Assembly (NCBI GenBank): GCA_965217775.1
Contig: CBDCJH010000002.1
Span: forward strand, 1,088,001 to 1,152,000
Direction of reading: 5' to 3'
DNA: 64,000 nt
Source of the DNA: Acidobacteriota bacterium
GTDB lineage: Bacteria > Acidobacteriota > UBA6911 > RPQK01 > JAJDTT01
Shown piece after piece: positions 9,992 to 20,950 of this stretch. The translations under genes and the position numbers were made by a program. The first letter of the stretch is position 1. Each line of letters opens with the position of its first letter. Below the pieces are notes generated by a model. That model was not told where the DNA came from and searched no databases. It saw nothing but the letters and a program-made list of their open reading frames with translations.

Positions 9992-12505
9992 ATGTGGAAG
10001 TACTTCCTGCACGTGGCTGCGCTCGCCAGTCTGTCGCTGGCCCAACCGATCTTTGATCTCCTCTCTCAATTCCCCCAGTTTCTCGTCGCGCATCACGCCG
10101 GACTCATGGAGGTGCTGCTGCTCGTCCTCCTCCTCACCCTCGTCGTGCCGGGATCGGTGGTGGCCTTGGAATCATTCCAGGACCGGATCATGGGCGCCCG
10201 TTACAGGCTTCCAGGCTCGGGTATCGCTCTGTTTGTATTTCCTCTCGCCCTGCTCATCCTGAAACTCCCCGAAGGGATTCCAGGAACGCTGCTGGTCGGC
10301 GCTGCGGTGCTGCTGGCGTGGCTCAGTCGCCGCGCCTATCTTCGTATTCGGCCTGTTCGGGTGTACCTGACGATTCTGTCGCCGGCGATTCTCATCGTGC
10401 CGATCCTGTTCCTGACCGGACCCTCGGTTCGAAGAATCATCACTCCCGCCAAGCCGCAGGGCGTCGCGCTCGCGAATGGACAGACAGATACCCCGATCTT
10501 CATGGTTGTCTTCGACGAACTGCCCCTTCGATCTCTCCTCGATCGCCGGGGTGACATCGATTCGGTGCGTTTTCCCAATTTCGCCGATCTGGCCGGTCGA
10601 GCCGACTGGTACCGGCGCACGACCTCCGTCTCCTACTCTACCCAATACGCTTTACCGGCCATCCTGACCGGAAATCTCCCGCAGGCTGACCATTCGTTTC
10701 TCCCTACCCTGGCCCACTATCCGGACAATCTCTTCACTTGGCTTCGAAATTCTCACCAGCTCAATATTTCCGAGTCGATCACGCACCTCTGTCCCGATTG
10801 TCCGGAGTCCAAACCCGGTCACCTGCGAAGAGCGTTTCGGCTGCTGGTTGATCTTCCGGAGATCTATCTTCATCTCGTTCTGCCCGAGGATCTCACGACG
10901 GGATTGCCCGACATCCGTCACGGCTGGACGGTGCCGAATCAGCAGAGATGGCGGCTGGGCCACCCCGTCCGACAGTTCGAAGCGTTCTTGGAGACCCTTC
11001 CGGAAAAAGGCGAGCCCAGTCTGAATTTCATCCATATGCAGATTCCTCATTTGCCCTGGATCTACCTTCCTTCGGGAAAGCGCTATGTGTCCGGAGGGGA
11101 CATGAGCTTGTTCACGAAGAGGGATATCTGGACTCGAGACGAAACTCTGGTGACGCTGGCGTTCCAGCGCCATCTACTGCAAGTGGGTTTGGCCGACCGG
11201 CTCCTGGGCCGGCTGCTCCGGAAGTTGAAGGCTGACCGTCTCTACGACCGGAGCCTGATTATCGTCGTATCGGACCATGGAGTTGGGTTTCAGCCTGGTG
11301 GGAACCGGAGAAAAATTACAGAGGCAAACTTCAGGGACCTTCTGACGGTGCCGCTTTTGATCAAAGCTCCGTACCAGATACTGGGCCGGGTATCGGACCG
11401 GCCCACACGAACCACCGACATCCTCCCCAGCATTGCCGAGATCCTGCGAGTTCCGACGCCGTGGCCGACCGATGGAATCTCGGTCAACGAAACTGCAATG
11501 ACCCAGGAAAGAGATCCGGCGGCGCCTTCCCTCATCACGGTTCCTCCGTCCAAGTTTCTACGTTATCGAACGACCGTTTGTCTGGAAGGGATGACGTTCG
11601 AAGTGAGGCAGGACGGGGCTTGGGCCCATTTGGGGGAACTGACAGAAAGGGGAGACAAGATCATTTTGTGGGGCTGGGCGGCAGACATGGAGACCCTGGA
11701 ACCGGCCGAATCCATCCTCGTGTTCGTCAATGATGAACTGATCTTTCAAGGGATGACTCGGCACCCGCGGCCGGATGTGGCCAAGTTCTTCAAAGCAGTG
11801 GAGTTGGAGGATTCCGGATTCTATCTCGAGCTCGGCCGGGACCTCTTCCAAGGGAGCCCGGCAGTGCGTTGCTTTGCCGTCCTTGGGGATCGAATCCGCG
11901 AGGTGCAATATCCGCTCAGTTTCCCATGGCCTGTCGAACCGAAGTCGAGTCGGGAAGAAACCCACTCCTCCAATATCGATGGGACCTCTTGCATCGATCA
12001 GAAGCCGGCGCGTTCTTTTCTGATCACTCGCTCGCTGAGCCCGGAGACCCTGTGGGAAAGCTCTGGGTCCAGTGAATTTGAGACGGGTCTTCGCGAACTG
12101 GCCTGGGATGCGGGTCCGGACGGCGTGTTTAAAATGGGCCCTGCTGACTCACTGCTCGGGAAGCCGCTGGATCAGTTGCCTGTGACCGAACGAAGGGGAC
12201 TGCGAATCGAGTTGGACCAGCCGCGACTCTACGAGAGGGTTCGGCTCGATGCCGACTTCATCCCGGCTGCAATCGAAGGTTGGGTCTCGGCAACGGATGC
12301 CGAATATGTGGCCATTGGCTTGAACGGAACTCTCAGGGCCGTTGCCGCGACGTTCGAGGGTCCCGACGGCCGGCGGCGGTTCCAAGCCATCGCGCCGGAA
12401 GCATCCTTTGTGAATGGCGCCAACCGGATTCAGATGTTCGTCGTGGCGCGCGAGAATGGAAAAGTATTACTGCTTTCTCCGCCCGAGAACCGTCGGTCGC
12501 GTTGA
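9992..12505 (+). CDS. membrane-bound sulfatase-like / LTA-synthase-family transferase
   Basis: About five N-terminal TM helices; VVFDEL, RFPNFA, T..ALPAILTG, HMQIPHLPW, VVSDHG, VPLLIKAP, DILPSI motifs. Confidence 0.8.
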   Translation: MWKYFLHVAALASLSLAQPIFDLLSQFPQFLVAHHAGLMEVLLLVLLLTLVVPGSVVALESFQDRIMGARYRLPGSGIALFVFPLALLILKLPEGIPGTLLVGAAVLLAWLSRRAYLRIRPVRVYLTILSPAILIVPILFLTGPSVRRIITPAKPQGVALANGQTDTPIFMVVFDELPLRSLLDRRGDIDSVRFPNFADLAGRADWYRRTTSVSYSTQYALPAILTGNLPQADHSFLPTLAHYPDNLFTWLRNSHQLNISESITHLCPDCPESKPGHLRRAFRLLVDLPEIYLHLVLPEDLTTGLPDIRHGWTVPNQQRWRLGHPVRQFEAFLETLPEKGEPSLNFIHMQIPHLPWIYLPSGKRYVSGGDMSLFTKRDIWTRDETLVTLAFQRHLLQVGLADRLLGRLLRKLKADRLYDRSLIIVVSDHGVGFQPGGNRRKITEANFRDLLTVPLLIKAPYQILGRVSDRPTRTTDILPSIAEILRVPTPWPTDGISVNETAMTQERDPAAPSLITVPPSKFLRYRTTVCLEGMTFEVRQDGAWAHLGELTERGDKIILWGWAADMETLEPAESILVFVNDELIFQGMTRHPRPDVAKFFKAVELEDSGFYLELGRDLFQGSPAVRCFAVLGDRIREVQYPLSFPWPVEPKSSREETHSSNIDGTSCIDQKPARSFLITRSLSPETLWESSGSSEFETGLRELAWDAGPDGVFKMGPADSLLGKPLDQLPVTERRGLRIELDQPRLYERVRLDADFIPAAIEGWVSATDAEYVAIGLNGTLRAVAATFEGPDGRRRFQAIAPEASFVNGANRIQMFVVARENGKVLLLSPPENRRSR

Positions 12506-12544
12506 TCGGGCGTGAGCCGGGCGGCGGTTGAGATAATCAAGGTA

Positions 12545-13045
12545 ATGAAAAAGAAATCCAAGAAGACGCTGTATCTGGCCAATCCATACGGATTTTCCCG
12601 GCAGCAGCGGGAAGGTCCACTGGCGCTCCTGGTGGCCGCGTTGCAGGGGATCGGTGCCGAAGTCTGGGAGCCGTTTGCCCGCAACAACCAGATTGACCAA
12701 TCGAATCCGGGGTGGGCCTACCGGATCGGTCAGGCTGACGTCCGAGACGTGAGGGATGCCGACGGCATCTTCGCCGTGGTCAATGGCTGCCCCCCGGACG
12801 AAGGGGTGATGGTGGAACTGGGGCTGGCCATCGCTTGGCAAAAGCCGGTGTTCCTGTTCCGGGACGACTTTCGCCGATGCACCGACAGCGAGACTTATCC
12901 CCTCAACCTGATGGTGTTCGCAGGCCTGCCGGAGACGGGCTGGGAAGACTATTGGTACGCCTCCATCGACGAAATTGCCGATTCCGAAAAAGCGTTGGTC
13001 CGGTGGCTGCAGGAAGAGGACGATCTTCGGTCGCCAGAGAGTTGA
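12545..13045 (+). CDS. nucleoside 2-deoxyribosyltransferase-family protein
   Basis: LYLANPYGFS, DVRDADGIFAVVNG, DEGVMVELGLAIAWQKP motifs. Confidence 0.88.
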   Translation: MKKKSKKTLYLANPYGFSRQQREGPLALLVAALQGIGAEVWEPFARNNQIDQSNPGWAYRIGQADVRDVRDADGIFAVVNGCPPDEGVMVELGLAIAWQKPVFLFRDDFRRCTDSETYPLNLMVFAGLPETGWEDYWYASIDEIADSEKALVRWLQEEDDLRSPES

Positions 13046-13079
13046 GCCGGGATGATTTCGCGGCTCGCTCCGCCTGGTA

Positions 13080-16000
13080 TCAGAAAATCAACCGGAGCCC
13101 CCACTGCACGATCCGCTGGAACGGGGCGGTGCCCATGCCGCCGCTGAAAATGGTCTTGTCCAGGAACTGGTCGGTGCCGGGAGTGACGTATCCGGGAAAG
13201 CCCGTGGCATTGACGGTGGTATTGAACACGGATCCGTTGCCCACGATAGGGTTGGGGTGGTTGACAGTCCGTGGTGAAAGTCCCGCGAGCACCGAGACCG
13301 TTCCTGCGCCCGCCGGACAAGGCGCGATTCGGGTGCATACCGGGAGTATGTGCCCGAATCGCAACGCCGTCCGCCGGGATGCAGGGACGGTCGAATGCCG
13401 TGATGACTTTTGCCACGGGCTGTTGAAGGCGTTCCACAACTCGGCACGGAACTGCAGTCTCATCCCTTCTTTGCCTGGAAGATCCAGATTCCTGAAAATC
13501 CCCAGGTTCCAGACCTTGATCCCGGGTGAGAGGAACGTGCCCCGGCCCATGTTGGTCTGGGCGCCCGTTCCTCCCCGGATGTACCTTGCCCCCGGATCCC
13601 GAGCGACGTAGCCGACCACGTTGGCGGGGCCTCCGCACCGGTCGGAACTCTCCGCGATTCCGATTTCAGTCCCCTGCCGGCAGACGAAATTCACGTCCGT
13701 TCCGGTTTGGCCGCGGCCTTGGGGATTCTCGATGGCCGTATCGCCGGCGGTGTTGAAGTCCCCGTTCAGGTCGCGGCGGGAGATGATGGTGAGCGGCTGT
13801 CCGCTCTCGGCCAGATAGGTCCCGTTGATCTGCCACCCGCGGGTCAACAGGTTCAGCAAGCGGTTACCCCGGCTGACGCCCGGGAGGTTCCACAGCCAAC
13901 TGAGGGAAAGCTTGTGGGCATGGTGCAGTCCCGAGAGACCCCGGCCGGAGCGAATGTCCAGGTGATCGAAGGGCCGCCGAGGATTCATGAAGCTGGTGAA
14001 CAGGTCGTTCTCCATGAAGTCGATGGTCTTGCTCCAGGTGTAGTTGGCGTTGAACGAGAACCCTTTCGAAAACCGTTTCTGCAGCAACACGGAGCCCCCG
14101 TGGTACCAGGACTGGCCGTCGGGAGCGAACTCCGTCACCACTCCGGCGAACCCGTAGGGCCAGAGCAGCAGGCCCAGACCCAGGGGCGTCCCATCCGTGG
14201 CGGTGGAGCGCCTTCCCTTGAGGAAATCGGCCAGCGTCGGAGCGCCCCGAAAGTCCTGCTCCAAGGCATCGGACTCCCGGACGAAGGTGGGAAGGCGATG
14301 GGGGTTGGGGAGTCCCGCGCTCTTCCACCGCTGGACCGGCAGGTGGATCGCGTGATTGCCGACATATCGTGCTTCGATCATGTAGTCACCCGCCAACTGC
14401 TGCTGAAGAGCCAGGGACCAGGTGTAGGTTTCGGGCGACACGTCGTCGCGCACGAGGACTCCGGTGGCGGCCCGGGCGACATAGGTGTCGGTGAAGGTCG
14501 TGGGCGGCAGACTCGTCAGCAGGCCGCCCCCGCCCAGAAACCCGACGGTGGAGTGCCGGATGTCGGCGCTCAGAGCGTCACCGCCCGTTTCCATCAGGGC
14601 ACACCAGCCAGGCGAGGGGCTGATGGCGCAGGCGTTGGTTTCGCGATTCTCCGCCTGGATCTGTGGCGGCAGCATCAACAACGGCAGGTTGCCGAAGATG
14701 ACGTCGTGGGCCACCCCCACGCCTCCCCGAAGGGAGGTCTTGTGGGTCCCGAAGAGATCCCAGGCAAAGCCGATCCGGGGCGCCCAGTTGTTTCGATCGG
14801 CATGGGGTTTGCGGAAGATGAGCGACTCGCCCACATGGTTCAAGAGCGCGGACTGATGGGCCGGGGGCAGGGAATCGAAGATCTTGGCGCCCAAAAGAGG
14901 AGAGTCCGGGGCTACGCCGAGTGAGCCCAGGAGCTGCGGTGTGAAGACCTCTTCCCGAATGGATTCGATGTTGGACAGGGCGTTGAGGTCCTGCAGGGCG
15001 GTGTCCCGGGCCACCTGGGTGTATTCGTAGCGGAGTCCCAGATCCAAAGTGAGGTGCGGGTGAACCTGCCAGTTGTCCTGCAAATAGCCGAACATCGCCG
15101 CCCGGTTCTGGGCGAAGAACCCGGTTCCGACGCCTCGAATGGCCACCACGCTGGGGAAACGGTCGCGGACGAACTCGTCGAGGTCTGCGTAGGTGTACTC
15201 CGCCCGTCCCCGCGGGAGGAACAGGCTGCCCGCGATGATGTTCCTGTAGTCGGCTCCCATTTTGATGGTGTGGGAGCCCAGGCTCCAACTGAAGTTCTCG
15301 CTGACCTGATAGACGTTGTCGGTGCCCGCCTGAGGAAAGAGCAAATGAGGTCCGATGAACAGGCTGATGTCGTTGATGTTGTAGTTGCCGAAGGTGTCGG
15401 TGGGACCCGGGGCCGGGGGCAGATCCACCGGGAACCCGTTGGCGTTGCGGTTGTAGCCGATCCGCAGCTCATTGATCCGGGTCGGGCCGAGAGTGAAGAC
15501 GTCGCTCACCGTGACCCGTTGAGTGTCGGTGAAGACGTCGCTGTTGAAACGGGCGACCGGAAGCTCGCCGGCGGCAACCTGCCGATTCCGGCTGTAGTGG
15601 TATCGGGTGCTGATGCGGTGCCGGTTGGTCTGGTAGTCGCTGCTGATCAGGAAAAGGTGGGTTCGATCGAACTGGGGTGCCGACAACGACAGGACCCCCA
15701 GTTCGATGGGGACTCGCCGGCCGGTGGCTTCGTTGAGAACCGCCGCAGTGGCGGAGGCGGCAGCGGCGGGAGGCACGTGGTCCGCGATGATGCCGACGGT
15801 GACGGGACTGACACCGGTGCCCGGCTCCGCCGCCAGATTGCGCAACGCGGCCAGTCCCGCCCGGGTGGGGCCCAGGATCTGCCCAGGCGAGGTCCCGTCC
15901 AAGGTGAGATTCCGGTACTCGTAGGACCCGAAAATGAACCATTTGTCCTTTAGAACCGGACCTCCCAGCTGTCCCCCGAAGCGGTTCCAGTCATAACGGG

Positions 16001-16150
16001 GCTTGCGGTCCCCCGGCCGAGTGGCGGCCCGGGTCAAATTGTCCAGGGAGTTCGTATGCCGATTCTGGTTGAACCACCAGGCCCGGCCCTGCCATGAGTT
16101 GGTCCCCGACTTGGTCGTGGTGATGAACTGCCCGGCCGTGGAGTGGCCGT
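13080..16150 (-). pseudogene. N-terminally truncated Oar-like TonB-dependent receptor carrying an in-frame MITE
   Basis: GQFITTTKSGTN, NRFGGQLGGP, YLQDNWQV...LDLGLRYEY, NNWAPRIGFAWD, terminal QWGLRLIF. No signal peptide or plug N-terminus. The 5' boundary is approximate. Confidence 0.75.
13265..13422 (-). mobile_element. MITE family B copy 1 (158 bp, TCAA target duplication), in frame within receptor gene
   Basis: TTGA at 13261-13264 and 13423-13426. Imperfect TIR CAGCCCGTGGCAAAAGTC / GACTTTCACCACGGACTG. Near-identical copy at 20438-20595. Confidence 0.92.
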
Positions 16151-17444
16151 TGGGCCCGCCGGCGGTGAACGTGTTGTCCACCGACGGGTGGATCCGGACG
16201 TCGCCCAGGACAAACCTGCGGCCCGCTTCCGAAGTCCCCCCGACCGGTCGCAGATCGTGGGACAGGATGAGGGAACTGGCGGCCAGCGTGTCGTCCGGGT
16301 AGGAAGGCGGATCGACGGGTCGGCGAACGATTCCCGCCTTGCCGCTATTGAGGTCCCTGACCACCAGGTCGATCCGGTAGCGTCCTCGGCGGTCGAGGGA
16401 AATTAGTTACTGGTAGAGCGACCGGGATGCCCGAGCCCGGCCCAGGTCTTGCGGAAGGTAGCCCGAGACCAGTTCGTCCTCGAACTCCGCAACGAGCTGC
16501 CGGGAAACGCTGGTGACGATGCCGTAGACGGACACCCTCGCCGTCAGGGATCCGGCATCCGGCTCGTAGGTCAGTGCCTGGTCCCGGTTCAGTTTGAAAT
16601 GGTCTTGCCGCAATTTGAGCGGGAGGTCTCGATAACCGACCTCGAGCCGAACCAGCTCCCTCAGCTCCGTCGATTTGATCTCCGTGGGACGTTGGACTCG
16701 GCTGTAAGTCTCATAGCGATCGAATGGCGAGTCTTTGGCTCGCAGGGCGTTGAAGGAAGGAGGAGGCCGATATGCCTTGCGAGTCAGGCCTCTCCCCTCC
16801 GACCAGGTCAGGCCCGCGCCGGGAACCTGCCGGAGAACGTCCTTTTCGTCCGGGTTCAGGGCCAACCGGTATTCGCCCCCGCCCACCGGGTCCACGAACT
16901 CGAGCTCGACGTCGTCCCCGATGCCTTCGAGGCGGCGGTAACGCCAGATCTCGAAGGGATGGGTGGACGTGAACCCGCCGCCTTCGTGAACGGGGCGCTG
17001 GTAGGGGCCCCCGGAGGGGTGGCTCTCGATCTCGTCCGGTGGACCATGCAGGATGTAGATCCGCCCCCGGTCGGTCGTCCAGCCGGGCTTGCCGCTCCGG
17101 AACCACTGGTTGGCGTAGGCGATTCGCCGGTAATGCTCCTCCTTGTACTCGCAGACGGCGGTGCTGGGATCCGGGTCGCGGCGCCGCCAGAACTGCTCGA
17201 TGAACGTTTCCCGTTCCAGGTCGGTGTTCAGGCTCTCGAAGACGGTCTTTTCCCCAGGCGTGATGATGTAGGCGACAACCTGGTTGAGCCACCTTTCGAA
17301 GTGGTCGTCACTTTCCTCTTGCCCGCCCGCAGCGGCGGAGGCGGACGCCGCCGGTGGAGGCGAGGCCGAGGCTCCGAACGGAGAGTGGGAGACGAGGAGC
17401 AGTGCGAAGCAGAGACAAAATCTCCGGACGCTCTCGAGTCCCAT
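16151..17444 (-). pseudogene. GWxTD-domain protein, with internal TAA stop and C-terminal truncation
   Basis: Signal peptide; FIEQFWRRRDPDP, EEHYRRIAYAN, PGWTTDRGRIYILHGPPDE. TAA at 16407-16409 is followed in frame by GWxTD-like C-terminal sequence (GRYRIDLVVRDLNSGK, LAASSLIL). Confidence 0.8.
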
Positions 17445-17457
17445 GGGCGCGGTTGGG

Positions 17458-20310
17458 TTACCGGCGGGTGACCCAGATCGCCGAGGACCAGGCCATCATC
17501 TCGTCTTCCTGGATGACCCTCACGTAGTAGTAGCTGGTTCCCGGTCCGGAGTCCTGGTCCAGGTAGGTCACCGAGGCCTCGCGTTGGTGGGGCCGGGTCT
17601 GGTAGACGAACGTGTTGTCCTTGACCACGTCGATCTGCCGGATGGGTCCGGTCCCGATGGCCTTGATTTCCAGCTTCGGGGTTTCGGAGAGGGTGGTTTC
17701 GTCCCCCATGAAGGCGTCGCCGATACGGAAGTCGATGACGATGTTGTCGGTGGAGGCCAGGGTATGGCGCTGTTTCAGGCCCTGGAAGATCCCTTCCCGC
17801 GTGAACTCCGTGGCCCAGACTCCGGCGTAGGACATGTGGGTGGATTCATGGTCGGAGCTGCCGATGACGCCGATGCGGTGTCCGCGGGCCAGGGCGTCCC
17901 ACAACATGTGGGGTCCTTCGGGCCGGTTCCCCAGGGGACCCCGGCTCTCTTCGGGAAGTGCGTCCGCATGCTCGTAGGAGCGGCGAAAGCCCTGGTACAT
18001 TTCCAGCACCGGCTGGCTGACCGGATCATGCCACTTCCAGCTCACCCGGGGGCCCAGGGGAGAGTGGGGTATGGAGATTCCGTCGGTCCCCTTGAGCCTT
18101 TCCCACAGGCCCAGGGGAATGTTGTCCGAAGGAATGCCCACGTCGCCGGGAATCAATTCGCCGCGGCGTTCGGGCCAGATCAGGTTGCGGTGTCCCCCCG
18201 GATATTCCATGCTCCGCTCGTATCCGAACAGGGACACGAATCGGCCCGGAAACAGGTACATGTCCGCCACCTTCTGGGTTCGCCACCAGCCATACTCGCC
18301 CAGCGCGTCCTCCTTGCCGACGTTCCTGGCCCCTTTGGCCACCATGTTGTAGGTCTGGTTGTGGTCCGTGGTGGCCATGAAATCCAGTTCCGCCCCGTCC
18401 AGCGCGTAGCGGTATTGACCCGAGATGGAGAGGTCGGTCCAACCGTGGCCCACGATGTCGGTGTGGCGATGCAGGTCCCCGTAGTAGAGGCGATAGGTCT
18501 TGCCTCCCACCGTGGTCTCGTAGAGCTTGTTGGGCGTGGCGGAATAACGGGTCTCCGGCCCCGGAGCCGGGACCGGCCGCAGATCGCCGGCCTCACCGGC
18601 GGCCGGCGGCGCGGCCAAGCGCGAGGACCAGAGGTCCCACTGTCCCAGACGCCGGATTCCGCCCGCGCGGTAGTCGGTGGAATAGAGTACCCAGACGCTT
18701 CCGTCCGGGTGCGCGGCCGCGGGAAACTCCTGGGTCAAACGGCCGCTGCTGAAGGCCAGTTCCCGCGGCCGGGACCACTGCTCTCCGTTGAAATGGACGG
18801 CGTACAGGTTCCAGACCTCGTCCGGGTACATGCGGCTGGTCCACTGGCGGAAGATGAGCCAGAGGTTGCCATTCCGGCCCATCAGGAGCCGCGGCTGCTC
18901 CTGGAAATTCAGAGGCAGATCCAGGAAGCGGCTTCCCGGATCCTGTCCCATCCGGTGCCAGCTCCCTTGACTCCGGCAACGAATCCGGATCTTGCGGTCG
19001 GAATGGAGCAGAGTTGCCCCGAAATTGCTCTCCTGAGCGTAGTCCTTGCCCCACTCGGGACCCGATTCTTCCCAGGCGACCCAGAGCCGGTCCCGGGAAT
19101 CGAAGACAACCGAAGCATTGGCTTCGTAGTAGCGTGTGGCCGAGACCGGTTCCACTCTTCCCAGACGGCCACGGGGTCCGATGGTTCTCAGATAGATGTC
19201 GTAGTCGCCGTTCCGGTAGGTGTCCCAGGCGATGGCGGCCCCGCCCGAGGAGTCGACAGCGACGGCTGGGTGCCAGTCGGTCCCGGGATGCTCGGTGACG
19301 CGGATCTCGTCCGGCAGCCGACCGAAGTCGGCGATGGAGAGAGCGTAGATGTCGGAGTTTCCCTCTCTCAGGCCTTGCCAGACCAGCCAGTTCCTCCCGC
19401 TTGAGTCGAAAGCGGTCACCGGGTTGATGTCGTTGCCGGGGTGGCGGGTCAACTGGATCGGATCCTCCAGAGACGGCTTCAGTTGACGGGCCCAGAGGTC
19501 GAACTGGTCCTCCGCGAGCTGATTGTAGATGAGCCAGAGACTCTCGCCGGGACCCCTGGTGATCAGGGCCGTCCCGTAAATGGGGTTCCCGCCTGCCGAG
19601 GGGATTCGGTGAGGCGGGCCCCAGCCGTTCCGGCCCAGGGTGCTGGTGTAGAGGTGATCGGCCCCGTCCTGGTATTGGATCCAGGCCGCGTGAAGGTGAC
19701 CGTCCGGACCGACCACGATGGAAGGGTAGTCCTCTTCGCCGGGCGAGCGGGAAACCGGGAGAGCCGCGGGGGATCTCTCCACCGATGCGGCGCCGTCCAA
19801 GAACCATGCGGGGTCCGTGTCCGGAAGCTGGTCCAGGTCGACCTGGAAATCTCCCTGAACCGTGTTCACGTCCATCCGAGCTCCAGGCAGCGAGTCCAGT
19901 TGCAGCCAGACGCCCACGGGACGGGTGAGCTTGAAGCCATAGCGGGGCCGTGAGTTCCCGAGTCCCTTGACGGTCCAGCTCGTGTCCACGTCCGGGCGCT
20001 TGGTCCCGACCCTCCAGGCGATCTTCGGTTCCTGGATCACCTCGGACCCCTCCTCGTTGAAGTTCCAACCCTGGATCCGGTGGAAATCGCCCCGGTTCAG
20101 GTGGGCGATTCCGTTCCAGTCCCGGAGCTCCGCGTCCTTCAGGCCAAGTGAGACCTTCACGGTGAGGGGAAGCTGCGACGGTTCAAAGGAAGGCGCTGGA
20201 GATGAGGCCTGTGCCGGCTTTCCCGCGGACGGGAGCCACTCGGATCCGAAACGGATCCCCGCGGCGGCCGCCAGAGCCAAAATGAGCACAGCCGAGAGGC
20301 GTCGAGTCAT
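17458..20310 (-). CDS. secreted beta-propeller plus PHP-like (CehA/McbA/DUF3604-type) metallohydrolase
   Basis: Signal peptide, repeated propeller blades, then YGDLHRHT, LDFMATTDH, GYE, GHRN, IPH, IGSSDH motifs. Confidence 0.75.
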   Translation of the reverse strand: MTRRLSAVLILALAAAAGIRFGSEWLPSAGKPAQASSPAPSFEPSQLPLTVKVSLGLKDAELRDWNGIAHLNRGDFHRIQGWNFNEEGSEVIQEPKIAWRVGTKRPDVDTSWTVKGLGNSRPRYGFKLTRPVGVWLQLDSLPGARMDVNTVQGDFQVDLDQLPDTDPAWFLDGAASVERSPAALPVSRSPGEEDYPSIVVGPDGHLHAAWIQYQDGADHLYTSTLGRNGWGPPHRIPSAGGNPIYGTALITRGPGESLWLIYNQLAEDQFDLWARQLKPSLEDPIQLTRHPGNDINPVTAFDSSGRNWLVWQGLREGNSDIYALSIADFGRLPDEIRVTEHPGTDWHPAVAVDSSGGAAIAWDTYRNGDYDIYLRTIGPRGRLGRVEPVSATRYYEANASVVFDSRDRLWVAWEESGPEWGKDYAQESNFGATLLHSDRKIRIRCRSQGSWHRMGQDPGSRFLDLPLNFQEQPRLLMGRNGNLWLIFRQWTSRMYPDEVWNLYAVHFNGEQWSRPRELAFSSGRLTQEFPAAAHPDGSVWVLYSTDYRAGGIRRLGQWDLWSSRLAAPPAAGEAGDLRPVPAPGPETRYSATPNKLYETTVGGKTYRLYYGDLHRHTDIVGHGWTDLSISGQYRYALDGAELDFMATTDHNQTYNMVAKGARNVGKEDALGEYGWWRTQKVADMYLFPGRFVSLFGYERSMEYPGGHRNLIWPERRGELIPGDVGIPSDNIPLGLWERLKGTDGISIPHSPLGPRVSWKWHDPVSQPVLEMYQGFRRSYEHADALPEESRGPLGNRPEGPHMLWDALARGHRIGVIGSSDHESTHMSYAGVWATEFTREGIFQGLKQRHTLASTDNIVIDFRIGDAFMGDETTLSETPKLEIKAIGTGPIRQIDVVKDNTFVYQTRPHQREASVTYLDQDSGPGTSYYYVRVIQEDEMMAWSSAIWVTRR

Positions 20311-20437
20311 GGGAGGTCTGCGGGAATGAGGCTATTCGGTTGCCGACGGAGGTGTCAAGGAGCCGCCAGGCACAACGCTGCTTGTTCGGGATGGCTGCGA
20401 GACCGCCGGAACGTTTTTTTGTGGATCCTCTCCTCAA

Positions 20438-20595
20438 CAGCCCGTGGCAAAAGTCATCACGGCATTCGACCGTCCCTGCATCCCGGCGGACGGCGTTGCT
20501 ATCGGCTCACATACTCCCGGTATGCACCCGAATCGCGCCTGGTCCGGCGGGCGCAGGAACGGTCTCGGTGCTCGCGGGACTTTCACCACGGACTG
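20438..20595 (+). mobile_element. MITE family B copy 2 (158 bp, TCAA target duplication)
   Basis: TCAA at 20434-20437 and 20596-20599. Same termini and body as 13265-13422. Confidence 0.92.
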
Positions 20596-20674
20596 TCAAA
20601 GTTCATGGAAAACGGCAGGCAGTCGTTCTTATTGACAGGACCTGACCGAGTCAGTAGGTTCCATTGGAGGAAAC

Positions 20675-20950
20675 ATGAGCGTCGAATTGATCAGTGTTCT
20701 GGTGGCGATGGCGGCGATTGGCCTCGCTTTGGCGGGGTTGATCCTCACAACCAACCGGGGTCTGCGTCAGGATATGGCCCAAATGGAGAAGCGGCTGGAC
20801 GGCAGGATCGACGCTCTCGCATCTCGCTTCGATGAGTTTCAATCCCAGATGGAACGTCAGATTTCCGCGCTCCGTGAGCGTATGGCGCATGTGGAAGGAC
20901 TTTTGAGCGGACTACGAGAAGCCATCGTCAGACGGTCAATCGAGGGCTAG
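20675..20950 (+). CDS. small membrane-anchored coiled-coil protein
   Basis: GGAGG RBS, N-terminal TM helix, heptad coiled coil ending LRERMAHVEGLL. Confidence 0.75.
   Translation: MSVELISVLVAMAAIGLALAGLILTTNRGLRQDMAQMEKRLDGRIDALASRFDEFQSQMERQISALRERMAHVEGLLSGLREAIVRRSIEG

Noticed and set aside
16407-16409. Programmed readthrough or Sec/Pyl recoding
   Set aside because: The codon is TAA, not TGA or TAG, and other signs of decay favour a nonsense mutation or sequencing error.
17284-19404. 706-aa plus-strand ORF and other long antisense ORFs (e.g. 58209-60191, 22631-24133, 55463-56926)
   Set aside because: Shadow frames opposite well-supported genes in GC-rich DNA, with no recognizable motifs.
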